Shown: piece by piece, positions 25,812-38,366 of the stretch
How the letters are laid out: the number at the start of each line of letters is the position of its first letter
Position numbering within the stretch: position 1 is the first letter of the stretch
Assembly (NCBI RefSeq): GCF_018977255.1
Contig: NW_024704743.1
Coordinates: 87,050,001-87,114,000, forward strand
DNA: 64,000 nucleotides
Source: Callorhinchus milii
Taxonomy: Eukaryota
Reading direction: 5' to 3'
Made by a program: the position numbers and the translations under genes
Notes under the pieces: model-generated
Seen by the model: the letters and a program-made list of their open reading frames with translations, nothing else
Told to the model about the DNA's origin: nothing
Databases searched by the model: none

Positions 25812-26505
25812 TAGAATCATAGAATCGTAATTATACAGCACAGGAGGAGGCCATTTGAACCATTATGTCTGTGCCGGCTCTTTGAAAGAGCTATCCAAAT
25901 TAATCTCACTCCCCCACGCTCTCCCCATAGCCTTGTAAATGTTTCCTCCCCAAATATCTATCCACTTCTCTCTTGAAAATTGTTATTGAATCTGCTTCCA
26001 CCACCCTTTCAGGCAATGCATTCCAGATCCAAGCAACTTGTTGTTTGAAAAAAATTCTCTTCATCTCCCCTCTAGTTCTTTTGACGACTATCTTAAATCT
26101 GTGTCCTCTGGTTACTGACCTACCTGCCAGTGGAAATAGCTTCTCCTTGTTCACCCTATCAAATCCCGTCCTAATTTTGAACACATCTATTAAATCTCCC
26201 CTTAACCTTCTCTGCTCCAAGGAGAACAATCCTTGTCTAGTCTCCACATAACTCAAGTCCTTCATTCCTGGTACCATCTGGTAAATCTGCTTTGCACCCT
26301 CTCCAATGCCTTGACATCCTTCCTAAAGTGTGGTGCCCATAACTGAACATAGTACTCTAGCTGAGGCCTAGCCAGTGTTTTATAAAGTTCATCATAACCC
26401 CTTGACTTTTGTATTCTATGCCCCTATTTATAAAGCCAAGGATCACGTATGGTTTTTAACAGCTTTATCTACCTGTCCTGCCACTTCAAAGATTTGTTTA
26501 TATAA
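25812..26505 (-). mobile_element. CR1 LINE 3' fragment, relatively young
   Basis: ORF 25906-26277: GLFSLEQRRLRGDLIDVFKI..TRGHRFK..WNALPERVVEA..FKREVD; atagaatc tail repeats. Confidence 0.95.
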
Positions 26506-26587
26506 CTGCAAGTTGTTCTAAAATTTTGGATTGCACTGTTCCAGAAAGACATAGATAGTGATAATAATAATCATTGACATCATCATC

Positions 26588-26960
26588 ATTCATTGCATTT
26601 GATATAGCGCCCTATCACATCATAGAGACATTTCAAAGTGCTTCACAGGATGTACTGTAAAGTGAATAGACTGTGTACTTTATGGGCAAAACACAGCTGC
26701 CAATTTACGCACGGCAGTGTTCCACAAACAGCCATGAAGTGATTGACTGACTTTATTAGGTAGATTGTTGGCCAGAATATCTTTTTGAATAGTGCCATGG
26801 GATCTTTAACATCCACCTGAACAGACAGAAGGGACCATGGTTTTAACGTCTCATCCAAAGGAAGGCATTTACGACAACGCAATGCACCCCCAACACTGCA
26901 TTGGAGTGTCAGCTTATAATTCCAAGTCCCGAGGTGGGGCTTGAACCCACAACCATCTGA
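26588..26960 (-). mobile_element. Deu-domain SINE
   Basis: gaatagtgccatgggatctttaacatccacctgaacag..gttttaacgtctcatccaaagg..ggggcttgaacccacaacc. Confidence 0.85.
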
Positions 26961-26971
26961 TAAATGAGAAA

Positions 26972-27130
26972 CCTGTGGAGGGAATTAAGAGAGAGATGGA
27001 TAGATATTCAGGGAATAAAAATATTAAGGGACATGGCTATAAGGCGAGGAAGTGTGATTAGGGAGGTTGTATTATGTGGGCCATGCAATGATCTGTGGCA
27101 GAGGGGTCTTCAGTTTTAATTTCCTATATT
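26972..27130 (+). mobile_element. CR1 3' fragment
   Basis: ttaagagagagatggatagata..ttaagggacatgg (KREMDRY..KG.G). Confidence 0.6.
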
Positions 27131-28179
27131 CCAATTTATATGGTGATTTAAACACGAAACATTGTCATTTATGGCACCGGCATGTAGAATTTATTTTGTT
27201 CTTTAATTCATCTAAGCCAGCACCAGATGCGCTTGCAGACACGTGAAAAAAATCCACATTTGTTTTCTCTACTGAAAATGGTTTTTAAATTCTGCAATTT
27301 CAAACAGGATTTATTAATGAAAGCATTCAACTGGGACTCCTTCCAGTAACCAGCGTTACGTCATGAGGGGACCCCATACTTGCCCTCATTCTGCTCCTGT
27401 TCTTGTTTATATAAAAGCCATTTATATATCTTTTCATTTCTTCTGTAGTCTTGTTTCATACGCTCTCCAAGCTGTTGCATCCCTTTTTGTTTCTGCACAG
27501 TTCCCTATACTTTATAATAATCGAGTCAAGTCTGCGGACCGAACAAAACTATAACATTATATGTACTATAACATCCCTTATAAACACTTGCAAACACTTC
27601 CAGACTGTTCTGAAGGCATTTACAATTTCAAGAACAGGAAAAAAAACATTAAAAATCCAATAATGTACTTTAATTTCACTGTAATAAGGGCTTTGAAAAT
27701 AAAATCAGTTATTTTTGACTGTTTTATCCTTGAATTTGAATCGCAAAAATAACAGCCACTATGGGCACTTAAATACTGTACTTCTCATTGGATCATCCGC
27801 CTTCCATCAACCCATCCCTTGCTCTCATTAGACCATCCACCTGTCTCTTCGTTCTAGATTTCAGGTGCTGGAGCAACACTTTGGACTGCTACAGCAGCAC
27901 TACACCCTGGGTATAATATTATTCGATCTTTTGTTAATCAGGACTGCAAATTTGCATAAAATTAGATGGATTATAATATTATACAGCTATAACAATACAC
28001 AAACACAAAAATGTGTACAGAACATTTTGCAGGGTGGGGACTTGGCTGCCAGTATAACATTATGCGTATTATAACAATAGACAACTTAACATTATGCAAG
28101 TCGACTTAGCTCGACTGTACTTGATAATCTTTACGATTGATACAGACCGTTTCACCTCCAACAATGGAGCACATCCCAC

Positions 28180-28278
28180 TGGATTGAAGTGCAAACCCAG
28201 TGGATTACCCCAACTTGATTCTAAAACCCACCTTCTGACTCTGAGGTGAGAGTGCTACCAACTCAACCTGGCTGACAC
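28180..28278 (-). mobile_element. Deu-domain SINE head
   Basis: accttctgactctgaggtgagagtgctaccaactcaacctggctgacac. Confidence 0.75.
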
Positions 28279-30106
28279 CTATTTATTATTTGTTTCTCTC
28301 TGTAGTACGTATCCTGGAATAATCTTTTTACCATTTAATTTTGATCTAACCCCTTTGTTAATCCATGGCACTCTGGACCAAATCTGTTGAGTTTCAATGG
28401 TTAGGCATCTTTTCTTTCCATCTCACACTTAAAAATCTGACACAATGTGCCAAGTGGGTTTCTTCTGTGCCATTTCCATGGTAAGAATTTTTATCTCCAA
28501 ATGCTAGTTTGTATTTTCTTTGCTAACTTACTGGTGCTACTTCATGCCTCGACTCTGGAAAATTAGCCCTTTTCCGGTCTGTTACCTTTATTTTTATGTC
28601 TTTAGCCCTGATGTCCTGGTTGCTAGTTTTGATGGAAAAAATCTACCTTTCTCCTCCTCACCCCCATCATAGTGACAAACTTATATTAGTTGTTCTCAGT
28701 AAATGCTTCTATATAAAATGCTTCTCCATACTATACAATACAAATTTACATTTGTATAACGCCTTTCACGTCGCAGTAAGTTGCTGTTTTCTCCAACATG
28801 AGAGAAGAAAAAGATATAGAACCACTATGCGTGCATATGGAGGAGGAATAGGGAAGAACTTGGCACAGTGTATGCTGTATGCAATCCGTCTCTCTCCGCA
28901 GTGCTTCAGCATAAAGATATTACTGACGATTATGGGTTGGTGAGAAATTCTCAACCTAGGAGAGTTTTTTNAAAAAAAGTAGATGCAGCTGCACACTGTC
29001 CTTCCCGTTTCCTCTCAATGTAACAAGACCGTGTTTCTGTAGTAGCTGGGGTTTGGAGAGAGACTTGTTTCTGTTTGCTGAATTAATGTGTTCCTAAATG
29101 GCTCCGGGCCAGGTAAGTTAGCATTTGTGGTTTCAAAGGTTTTCAACGCTTGCAATGAGCCATGAAATTACTGCATGCTGCTGAAAATGGCAGCTGATGA
29201 AAGGCATGGAGCAGGTCCCAAAGGCAAAGTGGCAGCTTGAAGAAAAAAAAATCTACATAACGTCTGATTTGGATACTCTGAGTTGTGGACAGGATACAAA
29301 TTAAGAAAATGGAAATATGTTTCCTAAAATATGCTGACATGCTATCAATGGCACATAGGGTTGGAACCAATGAGAAATAAAGTACCAGATTCCTGATAGG
29401 AATACTTCTGGGCCTTTCTCTGCGTGCACAATTATTCTTCCTAATCATTTAGTGGTCAGAAGAGAACCAAATGAATAAATCCGTGGCTCCTGCCTGTCAT
29501 GCCTTCTATCTCTATATTGCATCCTTTAACATGCACACTTCTCCTGGAAAATAAAAAAAAACTTTTATGTTATCCTTAACCCCTCTTTCAAAATGTTCAG
29601 CAATATTATCGTTCCCGGATTAATGCTTATTCTCTGGACAATTTTATTTCCAGCATTAAACGACGAGTTCTTGATAAAATGAAGCTTCAAATGAAATGTA
29701 GATTTTCATATAAGAAAGCTTGAAATAAAATAGACATGATGTTTTATTCAAAAAATTGATAATTGCAGATGTCAATAGAATAATATAATGTGATTGCTGT
29801 CATTATGCAATTATAACCTGTGAGTTACACATCGAAAATGCATATGCTCTGGCTGCTCAAGAATATACGTTCAGTCAGTGATTCTTTCATATTCTCCTTT
29901 CTTGAATAGTATCATAACTTGCACTTATATAGCAACTTTCGCAAAGGGTTACACGACTACTAATAATAATCCTTGCATTTGTTATAGTTCCATTCTTGTC
30001 AAAATAACATCTCAAAGCGCTTCATAGGATTTACTGTGACTGTGTATTTTGTTGGCAGCCAATTTGTATATTGTAATGTCCCATAAACAAACTATGATTT
30101 TTTTTT

Positions 30107-30172
30107 GTCAGCTGGGTGTCTGACACATGCGGAAAACTTTCACCAAGCTTAAGAGTATCCAAACCTTGGACA
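30107..30172 (-). mobile_element. Family X terminal fragment
   Basis: gtcagctgggtgtctgacacatgcggaaaa..caccaagcttaagagtatccaaacc. Confidence 0.8.
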
Positions 30173-30184
30173 TCGGTTGCCCCA

Positions 30185-30480
30185 AATGGTCATAATACAT
30201 GCCAATCCTTGGCAAGGAGTAAGTTGGCAGTGTTGGTCACTTGAGTGTAGACAGCATCACAGCCAAGCCTAACCTTTCCTTACCCAGCTGCCATACACAG
30301 ATACAACCAGTAGAGATGGCTAAAGAGGGACCAAGCCTCTGGCTTTTCCCTCTCGATCCTTGAGAGCTAACTTAGCTTTCCCATGTAACCCCAACTGAGA
30401 CTAGCAACCTCAGCAAAAACTTGGATTTGCACCAGCGAGCCCCCAGTCCATAATTTGTAGCTTTATCCATTGCACCATTG
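30185..30480 (-). mobile_element. AmnSINE2-like SINE
   Basis: gcatcacagccaagcc..tttccttaccc..ctgagactagcaacctcagca is antisense to 19310-19620. Confidence 0.6.
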
Positions 30481-31872
30481 GGACTGCCCGAGGCTGGGTT
30501 ATTTAAAATTGTTCTGAAATTTGGGGACTTCATAGGCATGAGAAATATATGGATTATTATTTGCGATAATGTTCTTTTGAGTAGTTTAGGAACTAATTGG
30601 TTGTTTGTAAATACATTATTTTTACATTTTTAGATGTCAATTTTTTTTAATGTGAATTTAGTTTAAGACCTCCATCTGCACTGGAAACATTATGGCATAA
30701 GTAAGGCAATTTTAAAAAGTCATTATCACATTGGTTAAGAAAATTTACACGTTTTCATCCATTATTGAAGACTGACTGGGGAAATGAACACCTGCTGACC
30801 TCGGTATGATCGTTTGCTCCTCAGGCTGACTTGATAAAACTATTGCTGCCATTTTGCTTGCTGCTTAAAACAAGCCAAGCTTTTTATTCCGGAGGCAGCC
30901 CTTGTTTCGCAGGATACTGACGTAGTTATGTCGGTATCCTGTTTTTAATTGCACTTGAATGACCATCTCTGGAATCAGGAGCAGCAAGAAAACAGATTTC
31001 TAAGGGCCCGACTATTGTGCCAAATGGTCAGTTTAACACCTGCTCTGAAGATTCCACCACTGCTCTCGATCACAGAGATTGGCATCTGAGTGCAGCTACA
31101 AACAAGATACTGCCATAACTCAACTGGTCTTCTTAGGATGGATGGAATGGATGGAAAAATCAAAAGTTTCATTAAAGATCTGATGTGATAATATTGAATT
31201 ATGTATTGAAATATAGTTATGAAATATGGTATTTTCCCCCAAGCGTAATTCTATGATCTCTTCAGTAAACAGTAGTCCCGACACATACCAGACTGCTCTA
31301 TTGTGCTTCTTACAGTATTTATAGTCATCTCTTTAACTACATTTTCTTCAACTTATAAAACAGTGTTTTAAACACATTCTCTTTGATTTATTCCAATCCT
31401 TAACATGTGCATGAACATTTAAACAGGAAAAAAATATGATTCAGTTCAAACCTTAAATCACAAACCTGCTTTTTATCTTGCAGCATAAGGGACAGGAATT
31501 GCACACCATCTGTTACAAGCACCACTGTAAGTAAAGGACAAAATAGGTTTTACATTTGCAGTACAATTGACTATGTGGGTGGACTAAGAACAAATCGTGT
31601 TGTAAAATATGACTAAAAGCAACAAATGTTTACTGGCTCTTTGGAAACAAATTGTTGCTAAAATAATACAATAACTGCTTATTATAGCAAGTTCTGATAT
31701 ATGACTATTGATATAATCTGTGTTGGTTGTGGTTCTTGCAGTAATAGGGAATCCATAGAGAGCTCCATTTCCATAACATGCCCAGACATGGGAACTGTTC
31801 AATTGGCTTTGCCTGAAATGCGGTGCCTCTGATTTTTTGCAGGCTCTTCAAATTAGATAGGAGGGTTTGTTT

Positions 31873-32191
31873 AATAATAATCCTAATAATCCTTGCATTT
31901 GATATAGCGCTTTTCACTTCGGGAGGACGTCCCAAAGCGCTTCACAGAGCACACTGTAAAGTGAATTGACTGTATATTTGTGGGCGAACGCGGCAGCCAA
32001 TTGCGCACAGCAATGTCCCACAAACAGTCGTAGATTGAAAATGACCAATTTATTATTGTTTTTGGTTTTGGAGGGATTATTATTAGGTGTGTGGAGTAAG
32101 GAAGCTTGCCCAAGGTTTCGCCCTGCCTGGAATTGAACTCAGGTCTCTCGCTTGCAAAGCGAGTGCTCTAACCACTGAGCTACAGGACTCC
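31873..32191 (-). mobile_element. Young tRNA-derived SINE, short form, youngest subfamily
   Basis: Nearly identical to 23488-23820 and 44004-44333; the tail loop is of the L2 cctcccg type. Confidence 0.95.
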
Positions 32192-35100
32192 GCTTTAGAA
32201 GAGTAAGGATTATTGTCCTAAAAATAGGCAAGTTACTATTCGTTTGCCCTTTACTCTCGATACATGTTATGAGATTTCTTTTGGGAGGGGGAAAAATTCA
32301 GACTCAAATATTTTGACAAATTCTGAAGATTTTTTGACTGCCGAAAGTCGTTTGTTTCTTTTAAAAGACTTCTTGATGCTCTTAGCTTGGAGAAAAGGCT
32401 AATTTACTTCTGAAGCCTTATATGTATGTAACAATAGAGGAGCACCTCTTTATACAGGCAAAATAAGGAAGGGCAGGTTAATTCTGAAGATCAACTGTTC
32501 CACTGTTCCTGACATCACCAGTAAAGCATTTTGATACAATTGGTGTCTTGTTCTCCAGTGGACTCTGGTAGCAGATTCAACCTGTCATCCGCTCTCACAG
32601 GTAGCATGTGCGCTAATGTAAATGTCGTTGTCTGTGTGTTCCTGTGTGTCAATGTGCATTTGTCAGAAACTGCAGTGTTGTTTATTCTGTTCGCCGAGCA
32701 CTTCAAAAAGATGAAACAAAGTGGCCTTGTTTCCTCTGACAACACTTGCGTGAAGGATTTCCATTTCTGTGCAGAGCCTTTTTTTGTGCCTGGAAGAGGT
32801 ACTAGCTGCCAGTGATTCTGTTCATTAGTTATGATTGCATTTGCCTGGTGACTTTCCTTTACAGACAGCAGCACAAAAGAGAAATTACCAAATAGATAGA
32901 GGTGAGTCGCACCTACATTTCTGAATTCATCTCACTTTGAACCAGATTCAAATTCAGATATTTGCTGTGTGTTGGGAGGGGAATGGAGGTGGGAGTCATA
33001 AGTGTAGTTCAGTGAGTATTCAGAATGAGCTGTCCTTTTCCTTACAAAATAAGTAAGCAGCAAGCAAAGGGACAATTGGGTGCTTTGTCCCCTTTTTGCA
33101 TCATATGTGCTGGGATTTTCAATGCCACAGCAAAGGCTTTTTGAATGGTGATCAGATTTGCAATGGTAAAATCTACAATTCTAGCTGGTTCATTTCTAGC
33201 AGGAAACCCAACTTTAAGGTCCTTACTGTCCTGGCATTTGCCAACTTGCACCCGTGTTGTCTGGGCAGAGGCAAGCACGTGTGTGTGGTGTGGAGCGCTG
33301 GGAGCAATTACTCACTGTTGAACTGTCAAGAACTCTTTTTTTTCTGTGAGTTCTCAGTAACAGGGACTGGAGATGCATAAATACATTGAATGTTTTCCCT
33401 GTATATGAGACACATATACTGCTTCATTCACCCTTACTTACTTTGTTCTTTGGCTTCATTTGTTATAATTATGTTGGTTATAACTGAACAGCAATAATAA
33501 AAAAAAGGGTTTACACTGAAACAAGAAAAGAATAAAAATCAGAAGCACAATCAACCTTTTTACAAGGCAATTCCTGTGAGCATAGCAGTTCGCGTCATAT
33601 AATGGAGAGTGTGTTGCGGTTACTGCCTCCATAACTTAGCCTTCCGTGTAACATGAGAAAATCAGCAGCAAAAGTCTAATAGCCTTATAATAGAACCAGT
33701 GTAAACTCAGAATCTTAGAAACAAAGGTGGCGTGTCCTTAGGGCATGCGATTATTTAGGAATAAATAATGAAAAAATACCTAGCTTTTGTATCTAAAAAT
33801 ACTGATAACATTTTAAATATATACTACAGGATGATTGTGACAGTGGGAAAGGGCCAAAGTAATGAAAAGGTACTTTGCAGAACAATGAAAAGGTATCATT
33901 CAGTGTAAATGTCATGGGTTTTTACATGGTTACTAAAGTGATGTTGACCTCAGCCTCTGTTATACATTGTTACAATCTCAAAACACAGTGCAGTACAAGC
34001 AGATAAATTATTTTTGAGAACATATATTGTAAAAATAAATCTAAAGAAGCTGGATAAGATCCAGTCCATTGTGGGGCCTGTCTCTACTGGTCCCATATGC
34101 TTGCTCTCTGTCTCCCTCTCCAGAAAGAAACAATTACGGTGTATTTAGCACCAAAAAATCCTCTTCCTCTTTTCTCATTTATTCCTTTTTTCTTCACCTA
34201 TCTCTTTGGTCTCTTTCACTTTCTTATTTTTTTTGCTGTCTTGACTCTCAGCTTTCTTTATTTCTCTCCCAATTCTTTCTTAAACCTTACTGTTGCTAAA
34301 AGCAGGAAAGGATTACTGGAAACTCTCAAGGGGTTTGCTGGCTTGTGGGAATAATCAAAGTTCTCCAAATTGTTGATTTGCATTTCTGATGAATCCAGTT
34401 GAAATGAATGCTAAATATTAAGGGTTGAACGTACTGTACATTTCTTCACATGATAAATTGATCATTCACTTCATGGCTGTTTGCTGTGCACAAATTGGCT
34501 GCCATATTCATCTGCAAATATCGAGTCACCACAATTGACAACATATTATCTATGCAGCGCTAAGAGACTTTGACTTTCATCTGTCCCCAAACAATACTGT
34601 TCTCAATGGCAAAGTCTGAGAACCCAAGTGATTGACTGCCGGACATCGAAATACTATTTTTTTACTCAGCAAGAAACTCGAAAAACAAGAAACTGGCAAC
34701 CAGCAGTCAAAGGCACGAGCTGAAGGTCCAACACCATCGATCTGACACCTAACATTTCCCATTGGACGTTCAAAGTGATGAATATCACATGGATCCAAAT
34801 TTCAGCCCTGCTTCCCTCCCCTACCCCAATTTTATTTTGCGTGCAAAATCCTATTTTTAACTGTGGGAGTCACTATTGTGAATGACAAAATAACAACTGC
34901 CTAGATTTTATTAAAATTGTAATTTACAAGGCCAGACAATAAAACAGAACAGTATCTGGGGAAGATCCCCTCTCCCTGTATTTCGCAGAAGAAGGTATAA
35001 AATGGAGGTCCTGGACGGCACCACCTCTACTCAAACTCCCTTCATGCAAGAATTCCTTCCACAAACCATCCTAATAGTTCCCTTAGTAACATTGTCTCTC

Positions 35101-36114
35101 AATTACTGATTGAGTCTGTTTTGAAGTTTGAATTAAACGTATTCGACTGTGCAAAATTCACTTGCGTGAAGCCTAGCATATGGCACTGATTATCGTAATT
35201 GTGGGACCAGAAGTTAATTCACAATTATTTTCCTCCTGGAAGTGATTTCAGTGATGCCACATGACTCCCAGCCACAAGTAAAGCTGTTAACCCAGAAATA
35301 TCACACTGGAAGTGACTCTACACCCCTCCTGCTGGGTACGGTCTGTGGCTGCCAACTGCCTAAACAATACAGTCACTACACTTCACAGTAAAATCCTTTT
35401 TGTTGAAGGATTGTTAAATAACATCAGCACACTTCCTCTTGTCTGCAAATAATCCGTTCAACAATTGAAATGTTTTTCAGAATCATTATCACATCACAGG
35501 GTCGAATTTGTGAATTGTGCCATAGATGAGCGTGGATAATACAGAGCAGAACTTATAACAAGGCATCAAATGTGTTTAGCTCTCAATGCATCAATTTACA
35601 TTTTATTTTTCTCACCAGTAAGTAATATGCAATCAGTTAAACACAATTAGGGACAAGATTTGATCTGTCCCCTATTTCCTGCACTTCTCACTCTGCTCTG
35701 TCTGACATTAATAATATGCGGTTATTTAGCTTTAGTTACCAAGAACGAACACTTTCAATGGACATACCCTTGCAATAGATGTAAGTGGTGAGCGGGAAAA
35801 CTGGTTTTCTGAATGATTACAATTTTGGTGTTAATGCAGTTTTTCTCACACTTAGAAGGGGAGTTAGCAATCACCTCAGACTGTGTCCCACATCAAATAG
35901 CCAACACGATTGGGTCAGCTGGAATGAATAAACTGTACCAGACAACTGTAAGCTACAGGGAGTCTTCATTCCAAAAAGCATCTTTTCTAAACAATGCATT
36001 GAAATCCCATAGGAAAAAATTCCACCTGGCTCCAGATTTCCTCGCTTTTTACATAGAATTTCAGAGTATGCAGAAATTATAAAATTCCTAGCTACAGCTT
36101 AATTTGACTCCATT

Positions 36115-36430
36115 GGAGTCCTGTAGCTCAGTGGTTAGAGCATGCGCCTCACAAGCGAGAGACCAGAGTTCGATTCCCAGCAAGGTGAAACCCTGGGCAA
36201 GTTTCCTTACTCCACATACCTGATAATAATCCCTTGAGAAAAAAAATTATATATTGGTCACTCAGTCCACGACTGTTTGTGGGACACTGCTGTGTGCAGC
36301 TGGCTGCCACATTTCGCCAACAATTATACAGTCAATTCACTTTACAGTATATTCTGTGAAGCGCTTTGTGATGTCTAGAAGACGTGAAAAGCACTATATC
36401 AAATACAAGAATTATTATTATTGTTATTAT
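36115..36430 (+). mobile_element. Young tRNA-derived SINE, short form
   Basis: ggagtcctgtagctcagtggttagagc..gagttcgattccc..body..tail. Confidence 0.93.
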
Positions 36431-37742
36431 TTTTCTGTAAGTTCTTCTAAGACTACCGTGATAAAGAGCAGGAAAAAAAGTTATGGATGTCTGTTTTACA
36501 CTTTGTAGCATCTCAGAATGCAGAAGTTGGCAAATTCTGATCCTAATTTTGGAGTTGGTTTACCGTAACATCTTTTGAGAAATCCAGTGAACCGACTTCA
36601 TAGTTAAGACTGAATCCCCAAATTTACCAAATTCACTAAAACTGAAATATTTTTTATTTCTACATCAAGAATTATCAGTTCAGTTCTGCACAATAATCTC
36701 AATGGTAGAGTCTCAATGGTAAATGACAAAATTCTATACAACTGGGGCACTTGCATGGAAAAATTATGTGTGCCAAAGCAACTGCAACAATCAAGCATTT
36801 AAACAGTATAGGTTTATTGGCAACAATAATACAAAACAACAATCACTACACTTTGCAATAAATCCTGTAAAGAGCTTCAAGACGGCCTCCTAACACGAAA
36901 CCTGCCGACATTAAATGTAAAAATGATTTGTATTAGAATAACTTTCTTGCTCTGTAATTTAAGCGCTGCAATTATATTGTAACCTGGCAGTTACAATAGG
37001 AAAGCAATTTATTTAGGACAAATTTCAAGGTCTTAAGATGTCTATTTCAGTCAAAATACATATTACCATGTGTTAACCAGATAGCCTGGCGTATAATTTA
37101 ACAGCATTTCTACATCTAAACAAGAAGTTAATCCACACAAGAATTAGCTGTTGCACAAAATACCTGTGCCCATTAAAGGTGTTAATTAATAGTGTTTATT
37201 CCTTTGTTAATAAATTGATGAGATTTCACATTATTTCTCCCGCCTGGTTGCACGTATTGCCACCGGTAATTATTTGCAAGTTTAAAGACTTAAAGTAAAC
37301 CTAACAAAAAAGGACTGAGTGTTCACAATGACAGGAGATCAGAGCAGTTGTTTTCTCCACACAGTAGGCAGGCTCATTTGTAAATAACAAAAATCAAAAA
37401 CATGCAGGGAAGTGGAATTGAGAGATAGTATATATCACAGTATTCAGTTTCATGAATGTAAAAATGAGCTCTACTTAAAGGAGCTCTACCCCTTATTTTT
37501 TAAAGGGGAAACAAAGCATTTTAACTACATTGGATTGCTAAATTATTTCAATGAAGATGCTTTCACTAGTAAAATCTTGTTGGTTTTCAACGTGAATGCA
37601 AGGGTGGCCATTATACAAAAATTAGTTGCACTTAAATTGAATAGAGAAAAGGTTTACTCTGTGGTTTGTTGGATAAAGAAACGCACTGTATGAATGAGTG
37701 CTGAGCCAATTCAGTCCAGGTTTGATCTCTGATCTCTGCTAA

Positions 37743-38150
37743 GTCAGCTTGGCTCAGTTGGTAGCACTTCTGTCTCTGAGGCAGAAGTTGTGGGTTCAAG
37801 CTACACGTTGGGACTTTGAACTCACAATCTATGCTGACACTCCAGTGCAGTGCTGGAAGTGCTCTGCATTGCCAGAGGTTCTGTCTTTCTGGTGAGACTT
37901 TAAACTGAGCTCTTGTCTGCCTGTTCAGATGGACGTTAAAGATCCCATGGCACTATTCAAAAAGAGAAGGGAGTCGGATAACAACACCCCAAATAAAACA
38001 ACGATCCTTCACTTTGCGGCTGTTTATAGGACTGGCACATTCACCTATTAAATGCACAGTTACTATAATTTACAGTATGTCTTGTGAAGCAATTTGAGAC
38101 ATACTGTTGTCAGGAAAGATGTTATATCAAATGCAAAGATTATTAGGATT
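37743..38150 (+). mobile_element. Deu-domain SINE
   Basis: gtcagcttggctcagttggtagcac..gtgggttcaag..gctgacactccagtgcag..gttaaagatcccatggcactattc. Confidence 0.85.
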
Positions 38151-38299
38151 ATAATGATAAGTAATAATCACCCTCATTCACATTCATACACAGAACATAG
38201 TCACTCCATTTTAAAGTTACATTCTGTGAAGCAATTTGGGACGTTCTCTTGATGTGAAAAGCACTATACTAAATGCAAGGATTATTATTATTATATTTG

Positions 38300-38366
38300 G
38301 AAGTTTTCGTCCAGTTTGGATAATCTTAAGCATGATTTCCGCATGTGTCAGATACCCAGCTGACCA
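38300..38366 (+). mobile_element. Family X terminal fragment
   Basis: gtttggataatcttaagcatgatttccgcatgtgtcagatacccagctgacc. Confidence 0.8.

Noticed and set aside
28971..28971. Ambiguous base n (another at 42517)
   Set aside because: Assembly or heterozygosity ambiguity beside homopolymers, not a biological signal.
29098..29112. ATIC exon 1 (MAPGQ)
   Set aside because: Only 5 codons match, and I saw no following ATIC coding sequence in the remaining 35 kb.
32115..32191. tRNA gene (Ala-TGC-like cloverleaf)
   Set aside because: It is the head of a SINE, continuous with the SINE body; the T-stem is disrupted and the anticodon varies among copies.
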